This document shows positions 29,795 to 43,282 of a DNA stretch of 64,000 nucleotides, piece by piece. The stretch's first letter is position 1. Every line of letters starts with the position of its first letter. The notes beneath the pieces were generated by a model that did no database searches, had not been told where the DNA came from, and worked only from the letters and a program-made list of their open reading frames with translations. The stretch spans positions 1,952,001 to 2,016,000 of the forward strand of contig OY969585.1 in assembly GCA_963701295.1 (NCBI GenBank). The letters run 5' to 3'. The DNA is from Ignavibacteriota bacterium. GTDB taxonomy: Bacteria > Bacteroidota > Ignavibacteria > UBA10030. The translations under genes and the position numbers were made by a program.

Positions 29795-32700
29795 ATGCCT
29801 TATACAGAATTAGCAGCAAAGAAAACATTTTCAAAAATTACGATCAGTCTTGCATCACCGGATATGATCCTGAGCCGATCGCACGGGGAAGTAACGAAGC
29901 CGGAGACGATTAATTACCGTTCATTTCGTCCCGAGAAGGATGGATTGTTCTGCGAAAAAATATTCGGTCCGGTTCGCGACTGGGAATGCCATTGCGGAAA
30001 GTACAAACGCATTCGTTATAAAGGGATTACATGCGATCGTTGTGGCGTCGAGGTGACGCAAAAGAGCGTTCGTCGCGAACGGCAGGGACACATTACACTG
30101 GCAGTGCCCGTAGTGCATATTTGGTACTTTCGATCTGTACCTAGCAAAATTGGCACAATTCTTGGTATTGCCGGTAAAGAACTTGAAAAGATCATCTATT
30201 ACGAATCATACGTCGTTGTCAATCCCGGTACAACCGGTTTGCAACAGTTCAATTTGATTTCGGAAGATCAGTATCTCGAAGTTCTTTCTTCGCTCCCTGA
30301 AGAGAATCAGGAACTTGAGGATCACGATCCGAAAAAGTTTATTGCAAAAATGGGCGGTGATGCAATAAAGGATTTATTGAGACGTGTGAATATAGAGGAT
30401 CTCGCAGCAGAATTGCGTGCACAGATTGCAACGGAAACATCAGTCCAGAAAAAACAAGACGCGCTGAAACGTTTGCGCGTTGTTGAAGCGTTCCGCACCC
30501 CGGAAAGTGATGTACCGAACAAACCTGAGTGGATGGTATTGGATGTGATTCCGGTTATTCCGCCAGAATTACGTCCGTTGGTTCCATTGGAAGGTGGGCG
30601 TTTTGCAACATCGGACCTAAATGATTTGTACCGACGCGTTATCATCCGCAATAATCGGCTGAAGCGCCTCATCGAAATTAAGGCGCCGGAAGTAATTCTA
30701 CGCAATGAGAAGCGCATGTTGCAGGAAGCAGTGGATTCGCTGTTCGACAACTCACGTCGTGTTAATGCGGTTCGTTCCGACAATAATCGAGCTTTGAAAT
30801 CTCTTTCAGATATGCTCAAAGGGAAACAGGGACGTTTCCGTCAGAACCTGCTTGGGAAGCGCGTTGATTATTCTGGTCGTTCGGTTATTGTGGTTGGGCC
30901 AGAATTACATTTGCACCAATGTGGTTTGCCGAAAGATATGGCAGTGGAGTTATTCAAACCGCACATTATCCGTAAGCTCATCGAACGCGGTTTGGTAAAA
31001 ACAGTGAAAAGTGCAAAGAAGATGGTAGACAAAAAGGGTCCTGATGTATGGGATATTTTGGAAAACATCATCGATGGACATCCGGTCATGTTGAACCGCG
31101 CCCCAACATTACACCGTCTCGGCATTCAAGCATTTCAACCGGTGTTGGTTGAAGGTAAAGCTATTCGTATTCATCCGATGGTCTGCACAGCGTTTAATGC
31201 AGATTTTGATGGTGACCAGATGGCCGTCCATGTACCGCTTTCGTACGAGGCGCAGCTTGAAGCACGTATGTTGATGCTTTCAAGTCATAATATTCTTTCT
31301 CCGGCAAGCGGCACACCGATTGTTACACCAACACAAGATCAAGTGCTCGGCTGTTATTATCTGACAAAATCGAAAACAGGCGATGTTGGAGAAGGAAATA
31401 TTTTTGCTTCTCCCCAAGAGGTTATCATTGCATATGATCAAGGCAGAGCTGGTTTACATGCAAGGGTGAAAGTACGAATCAATGGAACTTTAATTGAAAC
31501 GACGACAGGTCGGACCATCTTCAATCAAATCGTTCCACCGGAAATTCCTTTTGTGAATGAATTGCTGAATAAGAAACGTCTTGTACAGATAATTTCGACG
31601 GTGTTCCGCCGTTGCGGCAATTTGATCACTGCAAATTTTCTTGATCAACTGAAAACGCTTGGGTTCACATATGCAACCAAGGGCGGACTTTCAGTTTCTA
31701 TCGGTGATGTTGTTATTCCAAAAGAGAAAATTGATCTAGTCGTCAAAGCACAAAAGGATGTAGAGAATGTAGAATCACAATACTTCCGAGGCTTCATCAC
31801 GAATGGCGAGCGATACAATAAGGTGATTGATATCTGGACACGTGTTACTAGTAGAATTGCAGATAGATTATTTGAAGCTTTGCAGCGAGATCGCGATGGA
31901 TTCAACTCTCTTTATATGATGGTCGATTCCGGTGCCCGTGGTTCAAAAGAACAAGTTCGTCAGCTTGCAGGTATGCGCGGATTAATGGCGAAACCGCAAA
32001 AAAGTATGTCTGGCGCAACAGGAGAACTGATTGAGAATCCGATCATTGCAAACTTCCGCGAAGGCCTATCGATTCTTGAATACTTTATTTCGACGCATGG
32101 CGCACGTAAAGGTCTTGCCGATACCGCATTGAAAACAGCCGATGCTGGGTACCTCACGCGCCGACTCGTTGACGTTGCTCAAGATGCAATCATTGGTGAA
32201 ATCGACTGTGGAACGATCAAAGGTGTATCAACCAGCGCATTGAAAGAGGCAGAAGATATTAAGGAACCATTGACTGAGCGGATACTCGGTCGCGTCTCCC
32301 TCCAAGATATTATCGATCCAATTTCAAATGATGTGATTGTCCAGGGTGGTGAGCTTATCGACGAGGACAAGGCGCAGCAGATTTCTGAAACATCTATCGA
32401 GACGGTTATTATCCGTTCAGTACTTACATGCGACTCTCGCCGTGGTGTATGCGCAAAATGCTATGGCCGCGATCTTACGACGGGAAATCTCGTAGAGCCG
32501 GGTATGGCGGTTGGTGTTATTGCCGCACAATCGATTGGAGAGCCTGGTACACAATTGACATTGCGTACGTTCCATACGGGTGGAACGGCAAGTCTTATTG
32601 CTGCACAATCACAAGTCGTTTCTAAATTTGACGGGCGCATCAAATACGCCGGTATCAAATTCATCGAATTCACAAAGGAAGGTGATAACCGGTTGATGGT

Positions 32701-34081
32701 TTCTGGACGAAGCGGTGTCCTGAACGTGCTAGATAACGACAATCGAATTCTCACAAAATATGATGTTCCGTATGGTGCAACCTTATTGGTTCGAGATGAT
32801 GCAAAGGTTGCAAGAGGCGAACTTGTCTATGAATGGGATCCATATAACGCGGTGATCGTTTCTGAACATAGTGGTACAATTCAGTATGTCGATATGAAGG
32901 AGAAAGTAACTTATCGAGAAGAGCCGGATGAGCAAACGGGACACATTCAGAAAGTAGTCATTGATAGCCGCGAGAAAACTCTAATTCCAGCTATTGCGAT
33001 CGTCAACAAGAAGGGTCAGAAGGTTGCATCGTATCCTATTCCCACACGTGCACACGTCAATGTTGATAACGGAGAGGAAATCCAGGCTGGCTCTATTTTA
33101 GTCAAGATCCCGCGTGATATTGGCAAGACGCGTGATATCACTGGTGGTCTGCCCCGTGTAACGGAACTCTTCGAAGCACGGCACCCAACCGATCCGGCAG
33201 TCGTTGGTGAAATCGATGGAACAGTTACTCTTGGTCAGCCGAAACGCGGTTCACGAGAAGTATTCATCGAGAGTGCGGATGGTAAGGACAAGCGCACATA
33301 TCTTGTTCCGCTTGGCAAGCATCTTCTGGTTCAGGAAGGTGATTTGATTCGGGCAGGCGAACGCATGTCGGCGGGCTCGATTGATCCTCATGATGTTCTC
33401 CGCATTAAAGGAACGACTGCAGTGCAGGAATACCTGGTGAACGAAATTCAAGAAGTTTATCGGATGCAGGGCGTTAAAATTAATGACAAACACATTGAAG
33501 TCATCGTGCGGCAAATGATGCAAAAAGTTCGAATCGCTGATCCGGGCGACACAAAGTATCTCGAAGGTGATCATGCTGACAAGAACCAGTTGCATGACGA
33601 GAATGATGGTCTCATCGACAAAATCGTTATCGTTAACAAGGGAGATGCAAAACTGAAAAACGGACAATTACTATCCAAGAAGAATGTGCGAGAGACAAAT
33701 AGCGACCTCAAGAAGAGATCTAAAAAGGTTGTTGATTTTCGCGATGCTTTACAGGCTACATCAGATCCTATTCTTTTAGGCATTACTCAGGCATCTCTTA
33801 CAACGGATAGTTGGATCTCTGCGGCTTCGTTCCAGGAAACCACAAAGGTATTGACTGATGCAGCCATTGCAGGAAAGAACGATCATCTTCTTGGTCTGAA
33901 GGAAAATGTTATTATGGGTCACCTTATTCCTGCAGGAACAGGACAGAAGAAGTTCAAGGATATTATTGTCACTGCCCCTGAACCGATGCTGCCTGGCGCG
34001 ATGGAGGAGGTTTCCGAAGAAGCAAATATTTCAGAAGTCGAAACGAGGAAACCGAAACGAAAGATCAAGGTTATAGATTAG
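29795..34081 (+). CDS. rpoC: RNA polymerase beta-prime subunit
   Basis: NADFDGDQM catalytic motif and zinc fingers. Start moved to the ATG after GGAGG. Confidence 0.98.
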   Translation: MPYTELAAKKTFSKITISLASPDMILSRSHGEVTKPETINYRSFRPEKDGLFCEKIFGPVRDWECHCGKYKRIRYKGITCDRCGVEVTQKSVRRERQGHITLAVPVVHIWYFRSVPSKIGTILGIAGKELEKIIYYESYVVVNPGTTGLQQFNLISEDQYLEVLSSLPEENQELEDHDPKKFIAKMGGDAIKDLLRRVNIEDLAAELRAQIATETSVQKKQDALKRLRVVEAFRTPESDVPNKPEWMVLDVIPVIPPELRPLVPLEGGRFATSDLNDLYRRVIIRNNRLKRLIEIKAPEVILRNEKRMLQEAVDSLFDNSRRVNAVRSDNNRALKSLSDMLKGKQGRFRQNLLGKRVDYSGRSVIVVGPELHLHQCGLPKDMAVELFKPHIIRKLIERGLVKTVKSAKKMVDKKGPDVWDILENIIDGHPVMLNRAPTLHRLGIQAFQPVLVEGKAIRIHPMVCTAFNADFDGDQMAVHVPLSYEAQLEARMLMLSSHNILSPASGTPIVTPTQDQVLGCYYLTKSKTGDVGEGNIFASPQEVIIAYDQGRAGLHARVKVRINGTLIETTTGRTIFNQIVPPEIPFVNELLNKKRLVQIISTVFRRCGNLITANFLDQLKTLGFTYATKGGLSVSIGDVVIPKEKIDLVVKAQKDVENVESQYFRGFITNGERYNKVIDIWTRVTSRIADRLFEALQRDRDGFNSLYMMVDSGARGSKEQVRQLAGMRGLMAKPQKSMSGATGELIENPIIANFREGLSILEYFISTHGARKGLADTALKTADAGYLTRRLVDVAQDAIIGEIDCGTIKGVSTSALKEAEDIKEPLTERILGRVSLQDIIDPISNDVIVQGGELIDEDKAQQISETSIETVIIRSVLTCDSRRGVCAKCYGRDLTTGNLVEPGMAVGVIAAQSIGEPGTQLTLRTFHTGGTASLIAAQSQVVSKFDGRIKYAGIKFIEFTKEGDNRLMVSGRSGVLNVLDNDNRILTKYDVPYGATLLVRDDAKVARGELVYEWDPYNAVIVSEHSGTIQYVDMKEKVTYREEPDEQTGHIQKVVIDSREKTLIPAIAIVNKKGQKVASYPIPTRAHVNVDNGEEIQAGSILVKIPRDIGKTRDITGGLPRVTELFEARHPTDPAVVGEIDGTVTLGQPKRGSREVFIESADGKDKRTYLVPLGKHLLVQEGDLIRAGERMSAGSIDPHDVLRIKGTTAVQEYLVNEIQEVYRMQGVKINDKHIEVIVRQMMQKVRIADPGDTKYLEGDHADKNQLHDENDGLIDKIVIVNKGDAKLKNGQLLSKKNVRETNSDLKKRSKKVVDFRDALQATSDPILLGITQASLTTDSWISAASFQETTKVLTDAAIAGKNDHLLGLKENVIMGHLIPAGTGQKKFKDIIVTAPEPMLPGAMEEVSEEANISEVETRKPKRKIKVID

Positions 34082-34107
34082 TTTTTTGTTGTCTTGAGGT
34101 TTTTGCA

Positions 34108-34136
34108 TTGACTTCTAAATCAAAAAACATTATATT
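34108..34136 (+). promoter_or_regulatory. Sigma70-like promoter of the str operon
   Basis: TTGACT-17 nt-TATATT. Confidence 0.7.
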
Positions 34137-34184
34137 AAACAACTTGTACTTCATGTTGAAGTAGAAAATTCGGAGAATGTAGAG

Positions 34185-34565
34185 TTGCCGACGGTCAATC
34201 AACTTGTGAAAGAAAGTCGAGAAAAGGTGTTGTGGAAAAGTAAATCACCAGCTCTCGATGGTAATCCTCAGAAAAGAGGAGTTTGCACGCGTGTGTATAC
34301 TACGACACCCAAAAAACCTAATTCAGCATTACGTAAAGTTGCACGTGTTCGTTTGACGAATGGTATTGAAGTTACAGCATATATCCCCGGTGAAGGGCAC
34401 AATCTTCAAGAGCATTCTATCGTCCTTATTCGAGGCGGAAGAGTTAAGGATTTACCTGGTGTGCGTTATCATATTATTCGCGGCACGTTAGATACTCAGG
34501 GCGTGCAAGATCGAAAACAAGGACGTTCAAAATACGGAGCTAAAAAGCCAAAGCAGCAAGCTTGA
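34185..34565 (+). CDS. rpsL: 30S ribosomal protein S12
   Basis: [22 protein letters not shown]. Confidence 0.98.
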   Translation: MPTVNQLVKESREKVLWKSKSPALDGNPQKRGVCTRVYTTTPKKPNSALRKVARVRLTNGIEVTAYIPGEGHNLQEHSIVLIRGGRVKDLPGVRYHIIRGTLDTQGVQDRKQGRSKYGAKKPKQQA

Positions 34566-34571
34566 TTATCG

Positions 34572-35039
34572 ATGAGAAAAAAAAGAGCCATACGTCGACG
34601 GGTGACGCCGGATCCAAAGTTCGGTGATGAACTTATTTCCCGCTTTGTCAATAGTGTATTACAAGATGGAAAAAAGAACATAGCCCGTACAATCGTCTAC
34701 AGCGCCCTAGAACAAATAGCGCAAAAGACAGATAAGAATCCGTTAGATATATTTAAAAAAGCAGTGGACAATGCTTCTCCACTCATTGAAGTAAGAGCAC
34801 GAAGAGTTGGCGGTGCAACCTATCAGGTGCCTACAGAAGTTCGTCTCGAGCGACGAACCGCTCTCGCAATTCGTTGGCTGATCAATTACGCCCAAGAACG
34901 CTCGGATAAGTCGATGTCGCAAAAGCTCGCGGCGGAATTACTTGCTGCGTCTTCTGGTGAAGGCGGTGCGGTGAAGAAAAAAGATGATGTACACCGTATG
35001 GCTGAAGCCAATAAAGCTTTCGCACATTTCAGGTGGTAG
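34572..35039 (+). CDS. rpsG: 30S ribosomal protein S7
   Basis: RRVGGATYQVP, MAEANKAFAHFRW. Confidence 0.98.
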   Translation: MRKKRAIRRRVTPDPKFGDELISRFVNSVLQDGKKNIARTIVYSALEQIAQKTDKNPLDIFKKAVDNASPLIEVRARRVGGATYQVPTEVRLERRTALAIRWLINYAQERSDKSMSQKLAAELLAASSGEGGAVKKKDDVHRMAEANKAFAHFRW

Positions 35040-35118
35040 AGTTTTAGTGTTTTATTGTTTCATGTAACCTGTATGGTCGGCAAATGCTGATTTTACGGGA
35101 TGGAGTATGTAATAATTT

Positions 35119-37221
35119 ATGCCTCGTGAGTATTCTTTAGAAAAAACTAGAAACATCGGTATTATGGCGCACATTGATGCCGGTAAGACGACTACGACGG
35201 AGCGAATTCTGTTTTATACGGGCCGTTTGCATCGTCTTGGTGAAGTTCATGACGGCGCTGCAACGATGGATTGGATGGAGCAAGAAAAAGAGCGTGGTAT
35301 CACGATCACCAGTGCTGCAACGACATGTTTCTGGCGCCAGCATCTCATCAATATTATTGATACCCCAGGTCACGTTGATTTTACAATTGAAGTTGAGCGT
35401 TCGCTTCGCGTACTCGATGGTGCTGTTGCTTTGTTCTGTTCGGTTGGTGGTGTGGAACCGCAATCCGAAACAGTGTGGCGGCAGGCTGATAAGTATGGTG
35501 TGCCCCGTATCGCATTTGTGAATAAGATGGATCGTGCAGGAGCAGATTTCCTTGGCGTAGTGGATATGATGAAGACTCGTCTGAAAGCAAATGCTGTTCC
35601 GATACAATTACCGGTTGGCGAAGGCGACATGTTTGCAGGTATCATAGATTTGATCTCAATGAAGGCTCGCATGTATCACGAAGATACACAGGGTGCGACG
35701 TGGGATGAAATAGAAATACCGGAAAAATTAAAATCGAGAGCAAATGAATATCGAATCAAGATGCTTGAAGCGGTTGCAGATGAAGATGATAAGCTGCTTG
35801 AAAACTATCTTGAAGGAAAAGAAATCTCACCCGAAGAAGTTCGCCGGGTACTAAGACGCTCTACAATAAAAGGTGGCATCATTCCTGTCCTTTGTGGTTC
35901 TTCATTCAAGAATAAAGGTGTTCAAGATTTGATGGACGCGGTTGTCGATTTATTACCGTCCCCATTAGATATCAACACTGGAGAAATTCATGGTCACCAT
36001 CCTCACCGGCATGACGATGTTGTACGGCAGGTAAGTGACACAGAAAAATTTACGGCATTGGCGTTTAAAATTATGAGCGATCCTTTTGTCGGGCGATTAA
36101 CGTATTTTCGTGTCTATGCCGGAACACTCTCTGCGGGTTCGTATGTCCACAATGTTGTCTCTGATAGGAAGGAACGCATTGCGCGTATTCTTCGGATGCA
36201 CGCGAATCACCGTGAAGAAATCCAGGAAGCATATGCAGGTGATATTGTTGCTGCCATCGGATTGAAAAATACTCGTACGGGTGATACACTGGCAACTGAA
36301 GACGATCCAATCGTGCTCGAACGGATGGAGTTTCCTAAACCGGTTATCGATGTTGCAATAGAACCAAAGACGAAGTTAGATTTGGAAAAACTGGGCGAGG
36401 CAATGCAGCGTCTTGCTGAAGAAGATCCAACATTCCGTATCTCAACGAACGAAGAAACAGGGCAGACGATTATTAGCGGTATGGGTGAGTTACATCTCGA
36501 AATTATTATTGACCGGATGAAACGTGAATTTAAAGTCGAGGCAAATGTCGGCAAACCGCAAGTTGCATATAAAGAAACGATCACCAAGAAGGTGACGGCA
36601 GAAGGCAAGTTCATTCGTCAGTCGGGTGGACGCGGTCAATTCGGACATGTCTGGATCGATATTGAGCCGAATGAAAAAGGCAAGGGTTTCGAATTTGAGA
36701 ACGATGTTGTTGGCGGCTCGGTGCCGAAAGAATATATCAAGCCGGTTGAGCAGGGGATTATTGAAGCAATGCGTAATGGCGTCCTTGCAGGTTATCCCGT
36801 AGAAGATATTAAGATTAGATTATTCGATGGTTCCTTCCATGCGGTCGATTCATCGGAAATGGCATTTAAGATTGCGGGTTCTATGGCGTTCCAAGAGGGA
36901 GCGAAAAAAGCTGGACCCATTCTTCTCGAACCTGTGATGGCAGTAGAAGTCGTGACACCAGAAGAATATCTTGGTGATGTCATGGGAGATCTCAATTCAC
37001 GCCGCGGCAAAATTGAAGGAATGGGATCTCGAAAAGATGCTCAAGTCGTAACAGCGCATGTGCCGTTATCTGAGATGTTTGGATATGCAACACAAGTTCG
37101 TTCGATGACTCAGGGACGCGCGCTCTACACAATGCAATTTTCACACTATGAACCAGTGCCGAAGAGCATTGCGGAACAGATTGTTGAAAAGGTTCGCGGT
37201 AAAAGTAACGTCGCTGCATAA
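35119..37221 (+). CDS. fusA: Elongation factor G
   Basis: [21 protein letters not shown]. Confidence 0.98.
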   Translation: MPREYSLEKTRNIGIMAHIDAGKTTTTERILFYTGRLHRLGEVHDGAATMDWMEQEKERGITITSAATTCFWRQHLINIIDTPGHVDFTIEVERSLRVLDGAVALFCSVGGVEPQSETVWRQADKYGVPRIAFVNKMDRAGADFLGVVDMMKTRLKANAVPIQLPVGEGDMFAGIIDLISMKARMYHEDTQGATWDEIEIPEKLKSRANEYRIKMLEAVADEDDKLLENYLEGKEISPEEVRRVLRRSTIKGGIIPVLCGSSFKNKGVQDLMDAVVDLLPSPLDINTGEIHGHHPHRHDDVVRQVSDTEKFTALAFKIMSDPFVGRLTYFRVYAGTLSAGSYVHNVVSDRKERIARILRMHANHREEIQEAYAGDIVAAIGLKNTRTGDTLATEDDPIVLERMEFPKPVIDVAIEPKTKLDLEKLGEAMQRLAEEDPTFRISTNEETGQTIISGMGELHLEIIIDRMKREFKVEANVGKPQVAYKETITKKVTAEGKFIRQSGGRGQFGHVWIDIEPNEKGKGFEFENDVVGGSVPKEYIKPVEQGIIEAMRNGVLAGYPVEDIKIRLFDGSFHAVDSSEMAFKIAGSMAFQEGAKKAGPILLEPVMAVEVVTPEEYLGDVMGDLNSRRGKIEGMGSRKDAQVVTAHVPLSEMFGYATQVRSMTQGRALYTMQFSHYEPVPKSIAEQIVEKVRGKSNVAA

Positions 37222-37271
37222 AGTTTTTTAATATGAATGAGTAATTACATCTAATTAAAGGAGATCAACAC

Positions 37272-38483
37272 ATGGCAAAGGAAAAATTTGACCGTAGTAA
37301 GCCGCACGTAAATGTCGGTACGATCGGCCACGTTGACCACGGAAAGACCACTCTGACGGCTGCTATCACTATGGTGCTTGCCAAGAAGGGTCTCTCTGCA
37401 GTTCGTACATTCGATTCAATTGACAATGCTCCAGAAGAAAAAGCGCGTGGTATAACGATTAATACCGCGCACGTTGAGTATTCTACTGAAAAGCGTCACT
37501 ATGCGCATGTGGATTGCCCGGGTCACGCCGATTATATCAAGAATATGATCACTGGTGCCGCTCAAATGGACGGTGCCATTGTCGTCGTAGCAGCAACCGA
37601 TGGCCCGATGCCGCAAACTCGCGAGCATATTCTTCTTGCTCACCAGGTAAACGTTCCAAAGATTGTTGTGTTTATGAATAAAGTTGATGCAGTTGATGAT
37701 CCAGAGTTGTTGGACCTTGTTGAAATGGAAGTTCGTGATCTTTTAAAAAAGTATGATTTCCCCGGTGATGAAATTCCTATCATCCGCGGTTCAGCATTGA
37801 AGGCGATGGAAGCAGCTCTTCACCCAGAAACGAAAGTTGATGATCCGCGATTCAAGTGCATTATGGATTTGATGGATGCGGTTGATTCATACATCCCGTT
37901 ACCAGCTCGTAATATTGAAAAGCCGTTCTTGATGCCGATTGAAGATGTGTTTTCTATTACCGGTCGTGGTACAGTCGGAACAGGTCGTGTTGAACGAGGT
38001 CGTGCAAAGGTCGGTGATGAAGTAGAGGTGATAGGTCTTGGTGCGCATAAGAAGACCGTCATCACAGGCGCTGAAATGTTTCGCAAGGAATTGGATGAAG
38101 TTGTAGCAGGTGATAATGCGGGACTCCTATTACGTGGAATTGAAAAAGATGAACTCGAACGCGGTATGGTTGTCGCCAAGCCGGGATCGATTACACCGCA
38201 CACGAAGTTCACTGCACAGATTTACGTATTGAAGAAAGAAGAAGGTGGGCGTCATACACCATTCTTAACTGGTTATCGTCCTCAATTCTACTTCCGCACT
38301 ACTGATGTGACGGGTGTTGCAGAATTGCCCGCCGGAGTCGAAATGGTGATGCCGGGTGATAATCTTGATGCAATTAACATCGAGTTGATCTCCCCCATCG
38401 CAATGGAAGAAGGACAGCGATTTGCGGTTCGTGAAGGCGGACGCACAGTTGGTGCAGGTGTTATTGGAAAAATCATAAAATAA
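37272..38483 (+). CDS. tuf: Elongation factor Tu
   Basis: [21 protein letters not shown]. Confidence 0.98.
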   Translation: MAKEKFDRSKPHVNVGTIGHVDHGKTTLTAAITMVLAKKGLSAVRTFDSIDNAPEEKARGITINTAHVEYSTEKRHYAHVDCPGHADYIKNMITGAAQMDGAIVVVAATDGPMPQTREHILLAHQVNVPKIVVFMNKVDAVDDPELLDLVEMEVRDLLKKYDFPGDEIPIIRGSALKAMEAALHPETKVDDPRFKCIMDLMDAVDSYIPLPARNIEKPFLMPIEDVFSITGRGTVGTGRVERGRAKVGDEVEVIGLGAHKKTVITGAEMFRKELDEVVAGDNAGLLLRGIEKDELERGMVVAKPGSITPHTKFTAQIYVLKKEEGGRHTPFLTGYRPQFYFRTTDVTGVAELPAGVEMVMPGDNLDAINIELISPIAMEEGQRFAVREGGRTVGAGVIGKIIK

Positions 38484-38543
38484 AATATCGTTTATTCTGC
38501 TCTTGGAAGAAATCGAGAGCGGAGAGTAGTCTAGGAGTCTTCC

Positions 38544-38852
38544 TTGGCTGGACAAAAAATAAGAATAAAGCTAAAATCGTTCGATCATAACCTGATCGAC
38601 AAGTCTGCGGAAAAGATCATCAAGACTGTAAAATCTACAGGTGCGATAGTATCAGGACCGATTCCGTTGCCAACAAAGCGCAGCCTCTATACGGTCAATC
38701 GTTCTCCACACGTTGACAAAAAGTCGCGAGAGCAATTCGAGACACGATCGCACAAGAGATTGATAGATATTCTCAACTCCACAAGTCGTACGGTTGATGC
38801 ATTAATGAAATTGGAGCTTCCTGCAGGTGTTGATGTTGAGATTAAAGTCTAA
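38544..38852 (+). CDS. rpsJ: 30S ribosomal protein S10
   Basis: [21 protein letters not shown]. Confidence 0.98.
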   Translation: MAGQKIRIKLKSFDHNLIDKSAEKIIKTVKSTGAIVSGPIPLPTKRSLYTVNRSPHVDKKSREQFETRSHKRLIDILNSTSRTVDALMKLELPAGVDVEIKV

Positions 38853-38975
38853 TTCGGCAGAATAGAGTTCTTTGAAGTGGAAGTGTAATGAGAACGGCAA
38901 TCCCTTTGTGAACGTTCTCACTTTGGATGACTGAGCTAATGGCTCATGCGTAAAAGACGCAAAGGAGTAGAAACA

Positions 38976-39605
38976 GTGAGTGGTATTCTAGGCAAAAAAA
39001 TTGGAATGACAAGTCTCTTCGATGAGAATGGCGAGGTAGTTCCTTGTACCGTCATCGAAGCAGGTCCGTGTTACGTGACACAGGTCAGAACCAAAGAGAA
39101 AGATGGGTATGAAGCAGTCCAACTTGGTTTTGATGAAAAAAGAGATCGTCTTGTCAACAAGCCGCTGAAGGGACACTTCGCAAAAGCAGCAACGAAGATG
39201 TTGCGTCTCATGCGCGAGTTCAAAGGGTTCAATGGAACTCAATTGAAAGCTGGCGATGAAATCAAAGTGGATATGTTTCTCCCAGGCGATATTGTTGATG
39301 TAAGCGGAAAATCGAAGGGTCGTGGATTTCAAGGCGTAGTGAAACGCCACCATTTTGGCGGCGTCGGTATGACAACACACGGTGCATCAGATCGTGTTCG
39401 TGCTCCTGGATCTATCGGTGGAAGTTCATATCCATCACGCGTCTTCAAAGGTATGCGAATGGGTGGTAGGATGGGATTTGAGCGTGTTACGGTCAAGAAT
39501 CTGAAAGTTGTGAAGGTTATTCCGGAATCCAATATTCTCATTATTCGCGGTTCGGTTCCTGGTGCGATTAACGGGTATTTGGAAATTGAGAAGAAACATC
39601 ATTAA
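38976..39605 (+). CDS. rplC: 50S ribosomal protein L3
   Basis: [20 protein letters not shown] start placed after AAGGAG. Confidence 0.97.
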   Translation: MSGILGKKIGMTSLFDENGEVVPCTVIEAGPCYVTQVRTKEKDGYEAVQLGFDEKRDRLVNKPLKGHFAKAATKMLRLMREFKGFNGTQLKAGDEIKVDMFLPGDIVDVSGKSKGRGFQGVVKRHHFGGVGMTTHGASDRVRAPGSIGGSSYPSRVFKGMRMGGRMGFERVTVKNLKVVKVIPESNILIIRGSVPGAINGYLEIEKKHH

Positions 39606-39631
39606 GAGCTGCCTTGTAAGGAAAAAGTATT

Positions 39632-40261
39632 ATGCAGGTTGATGTCTATAAAATAGATGGCACATTAAGCGGAATAACGGTCGAACTTGATCCGAAAATT
39701 TTTGAGATCGAACCGAGTGATCATGCTATCTATCAAGCTGTGCGAAGCATTCAGGCAAATAAACGCCAGGGCACGCATAAAGTGAAGGGACGCAGCGAAG
39801 TGAGCGGCGGCGGCAAAAAACCATTCAAACAAAAGAAGACAGGTCGTGCTCGCTCCGGATCAACACGCTCCCCGTTGTGGGTCGGCGGCGGTTCAATCTT
39901 TGGACCAACTCCTCATGAGTATTCGATTAGTCTTCCGATTAAAGTTCGCAGGCTTGCCCGCAAATCTGCTCTAAGCTATAAAGCGAAGGATGGAGCTATT
40001 AAGGTGGTTGAAGATTTTCAGTTTGATGAAGTGAAAACGAAAAGAATGTCTTCGGTGTTGAAAGCTCTTGCTATCGACAAGCAAAAAACATTATTACTGA
40101 CAAGAGGACCGGATCAAACACTAGTGAAATCAGGACGCAATATCGAAAAACTGCAGGTACGCGAGGCGGACAAAGCTTCGACATTTGAAATTCTCAAGAA
40201 CCAGGTGCTTCTGATTCAAAAGAGCGCTGTGGATTTGCTGCAACAATCTTTGAAGAACTAG
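39632..40261 (+). CDS. rplD: 50S ribosomal protein L4
   Basis: RQGTH, KP.KQKKTGRAR. Confidence 0.97.
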   Translation: MQVDVYKIDGTLSGITVELDPKIFEIEPSDHAIYQAVRSIQANKRQGTHKVKGRSEVSGGGKKPFKQKKTGRARSGSTRSPLWVGGGSIFGPTPHEYSISLPIKVRRLARKSALSYKAKDGAIKVVEDFQFDEVKTKRMSSVLKALAIDKQKTLLLTRGPDQTLVKSGRNIEKLQVREADKASTFEILKNQVLLIQKSAVDLLQQSLKN

Positions 40262-40272
40262 GACAACAAGCA

Positions 40273-40563
40273 ATGATAGGTATTCTCGTTCGACCGATTA
40301 TCACAGAAAAAATGACGGAACTTGGTGAAAAACGTCAATACGCATTTGAGGTTCCGATTTCTGTGAATAAGATAGTAGTCGGTAAGGCTATCGAAAAGAA
40401 ATTTAGCGTTAAAGTAACAAGCATTCGAACTGTGCTCGTCAAGGGCAAACGTAAGAGCCAGATGACACGTCGCGGCCGTTTTGAAGGACACACCAAGACA
40501 TGGAAAAAAGCGATCGTAACGCTCAAAGAAGGCGATAAAATCGATTATTTCGGTAACGTCTGA
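40273..40563 (+). CDS. rplW: 50S ribosomal protein L23
   Basis: PIITEK, WKKAIVTL. Confidence 0.97.
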   Translation: MIGILVRPIITEKMTELGEKRQYAFEVPISVNKIVVGKAIEKKFSVKVTSIRTVLVKGKRKSQMTRRGRFEGHTKTWKKAIVTLKEGDKIDYFGNV

Positions 40564-40583
40564 TTGTGAAAGTATAAGAGACT

Positions 40584-41417
40584 ATGGCAATTCGAAAATT
40601 ACGACCAATGACTCCAGCGACGAGATTCTATTCAATCTCGACGTTCGAAGAGATAACAAAAAAAGAGCCTGAAAAAGCACTGCTCGAGTCGAATAAGAAA
40701 TCAGGTGGACGAAATAATCTTGGACGCATCACTTCGCGGCATCGCGGTGGTGGGCATAAACGTCAGTACCGCATTATTGATTTCAAACGAGATAAACATG
40801 GTATCGTTGGAACAATTGCTGCTATAGAGTACGACCCGAATCGTGCTGCTCGTATTGCGCTCGTGCATTATCCCGATGGCGAGAAACGATATATTATCGC
40901 TGCTACGGGAATGAAAGTTGGTACAAAAATTGTTTCCGGTCCCCAAGCTGAAGTTGATCTTGGGAATGCACTTCCATTGAAAAATATTCCTGCGGGCACA
41001 TTTATATATAACGTCGAAATGTTTCCAGGTAAAGGCGGACAGGTTGGTCGTAGTGCGGGCAATTCCTTGCAGGTGATGGCGAAAGAAGATGATTGGGTTT
41101 CACTTAAAATGCCTTCAGGAGAAATTCGTAAGTTTATTTCAGGGTGCTATGCAACTATCGGTACTGTCGGCAATGCAGATCACGAGAACATCAGCCTCGG
41201 AAAAGCCGGACGCTCTCGCTGGCTCGGCATTCGTCCACAGTCACGTGGTATGGCAATGAACCCAGTGGACCACCCGATGGGTGGCGGTGAAGGTCGTTCA
41301 AAGAGCGGCGGCGGAGGGCAGCATCCTGAATCGCCGTGGGGCAAGTATGCTAAAGGTTTAAAGACGCGCAAGCGGAAGAATCAATCAAACAAATATATCA
41401 TTAAACGTCGTAAATAG
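40584..41417 (+). CDS. rplB: 50S ribosomal protein L2
   Basis: [19 protein letters not shown]. Confidence 0.98.
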   Translation: MAIRKLRPMTPATRFYSISTFEEITKKEPEKALLESNKKSGGRNNLGRITSRHRGGGHKRQYRIIDFKRDKHGIVGTIAAIEYDPNRAARIALVHYPDGEKRYIIAATGMKVGTKIVSGPQAEVDLGNALPLKNIPAGTFIYNVEMFPGKGGQVGRSAGNSLQVMAKEDDWVSLKMPSGEIRKFISGCYATIGTVGNADHENISLGKAGRSRWLGIRPQSRGMAMNPVDHPMGGGEGRSKSGGGGQHPESPWGKYAKGLKTRKRKNQSNKYIIKRRK

Positions 41418-41430
41418 TTGGTAAGCACCT

Positions 41431-41718
41431 ATGAGCCGTTCAATCAAAAAGGGGCCGTATATTGACCTCAAATTACAGGGTAAAATAGAAGTACTCAACA
41501 AGACAAACCAGAAGCGTGTCGTGAAAACCTGGTCGCGATCGAGTACCATCATCCCAGAATTTGTTGGACATACCTTCGCAGTACACAACGGAAATAAATT
41601 CATTCCGGTGTATATCCATGAAGCGATGGTGGGACATAAGCTTGGTGAGTTTGCACCAACCCGAGTATTTCGTGCACATCCGGGCATCAAGAGCGAAAAG
41701 ACGACGGCACCAGCGTAA
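41431..41718 (+). CDS. rpsS: 30S ribosomal protein S19
   Basis: [18 protein letters not shown]. Confidence 0.98.
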   Translation: MSRSIKKGPYIDLKLQGKIEVLNKTNQKRVVKTWSRSSTIIPEFVGHTFAVHNGNKFIPVYIHEAMVGHKLGEFAPTRVFRAHPGIKSEKTTAPA

Positions 41719-41742
41719 GAACTGTTTGTTGAAGAGTGAACC

Positions 41743-42186
41743 ATGGAAACAAAAGCAATTAATAGATATATCGGAACTTCACCGCGTAAGATGCGCTTGG
41801 TTATTGACTTGATTCGCGGTAAAGAAGTAGAAGAGGCGTTGAGTATTCTTCACTTCACAACGAAACACGCCGCAAAAATGGCGGAAAGAGTTCTTCGGTC
41901 AGCGATCTCTAATGCTCAGAATAAAGAAGAGAGCGGGCGCCTGGACACAGCCACTTTGTTTATTAAGGAAGCGTTTGTCAATGGCGGAGCAATGACGAAG
42001 CGGGTGATGCCTGCGCCCATGGGGCGAGCATTCCGTGTGCGAAAACGTTCGAATCATATTACCATCGTGTTGGCACAGCGCGAACAAGCAAAGAAGCCGG
42101 CACCAAAAACAAAAGCGGTAGTTGAAAATAAAAAAGCCGCATCAAAGAAATCGGAAACAGCATCAAAAGAAGTAACCGAAAGTTAA
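41743..42186 (+). CDS. rplV: 50S ribosomal protein L22 (Lys/Ala-rich C-terminal tail)
   Basis: SPRKMRLV.D.IRG, GRA..RKR..HIT. Confidence 0.97.
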   Translation: METKAINRYIGTSPRKMRLVIDLIRGKEVEEALSILHFTTKHAAKMAERVLRSAISNAQNKEESGRLDTATLFIKEAFVNGGAMTKRVMPAPMGRAFRVRKRSNHITIVLAQREQAKKPAPKTKAVVENKKAASKKSETASKEVTES

Positions 42187-42198
42187 TCGGAGGATCAC

Positions 42199-42834
42199 TT
42201 GGGCCAAAAAACTCATCCAGTTGGATTTCGTCTCGGAATCGTGCGTGCATGGGATTCAAACTGGTACGATGATAAAAGCTTTTCAGGCAAATTGCAGGAA
42301 GATATTGTAGTACGGAACTATGTTCGAAACAGGTTGAAAAAAGCAGGTATTGCACGAGTTCAGATTGATCGAACTCCTAAACGCGCAGTAGTCACCATTC
42401 ACACGTCACGGCCCGGCATTGTGATTGGCAAGAGTGGTAAAGAAATTGCTCAGCTGGAAGAAGAACTGAAAAAAGTGACATCAAAAGAAATTAAAATTCT
42501 TATCCATGAAATCAAACGCCCAGAATTAGATGCCTATCTTGTGGCAGAAGCCATTGCCGGACAGCTGGAAGGAAGAATTTCGTTCCGCCGCGCAATGAAA
42601 CAATCGATTACCGCTGCTATGCGCATGGGTGCTGAAGGAATTAAGGTAATGTGCGCAGGGCGTCTTGGTGGCGCAGAAATCGCGCGAACGGAGCACTATA
42701 AGGACGGACGTATTCCTTTGCAGACGCTTCGGGCAGATATCGATTATGCAGGTGCAACCGCGAACACTATTTACGGAACCATTGGTGTCAAAGTATGGAT
42801 CTGCAAAGGTGAAATCATCGGATCGCGGTCATAA
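42199..42834 (+). CDS. rpsC: 30S ribosomal protein S3
   Basis: [23 protein letters not shown]. Confidence 0.98.
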   Translation: MGQKTHPVGFRLGIVRAWDSNWYDDKSFSGKLQEDIVVRNYVRNRLKKAGIARVQIDRTPKRAVVTIHTSRPGIVIGKSGKEIAQLEEELKKVTSKEIKILIHEIKRPELDAYLVAEAIAGQLEGRISFRRAMKQSITAAMRMGAEGIKVMCAGRLGGAEIARTEHYKDGRIPLQTLRADIDYAGATANTIYGTIGVKVWICKGEIIGSRS

Positions 42835-42847
42835 GGAGTGTTGAGTT

Positions 42848-43270
42848 ATGTTGATGCCAAAGAGAGTAAAATTTAGAAAAGCCCAGCGCGGACGGATGAA
42901 GGGAAAAGCGACGCGCGGTGCAACGATTGCATTTGGTGATTTTGGTTTGAAGGCGATGGAACCAGGGTGGGTAACTCAGCGCCAGATTGAAGCATCACGT
43001 GTTGCACTGACCCGTATGATGAAACGCGAAGGCAAAGTATGGATTCGCATTTTTCCTGATAAGCCGGTTACAAAGAAGCCTGCAGAGACTCGTATGGGAA
43101 GCGGTAAAGGATCGCCGGAATTTTGGGTAGCAGTAGTGAAACCAGGCCGGGTTTTATTTGAGTTGGGTGGAATCAACCGCACAACCGCAGCAGAAGCAAT
43201 GAAGCTTGCAGCACACAAGCTCGCGATTAAAACAAGGTTTGTCACTCGTATTGATTATCAGGGTGCATAA
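42848..43270 (+). CDS. rplP: 50S ribosomal protein L16
   Basis: RIFPDKP, RMGSGKG. Confidence 0.98.
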   Translation: MLMPKRVKFRKAQRGRMKGKATRGATIAFGDFGLKAMEPGWVTQRQIEASRVALTRMMKREGKVWIRIFPDKPVTKKPAETRMGSGKGSPEFWVAVVKPGRVLFELGGINRTTAAEAMKLAAHKLAIKTRFVTRIDYQGA

Positions 43271-43282
43271 GAGGGTAAAGCG

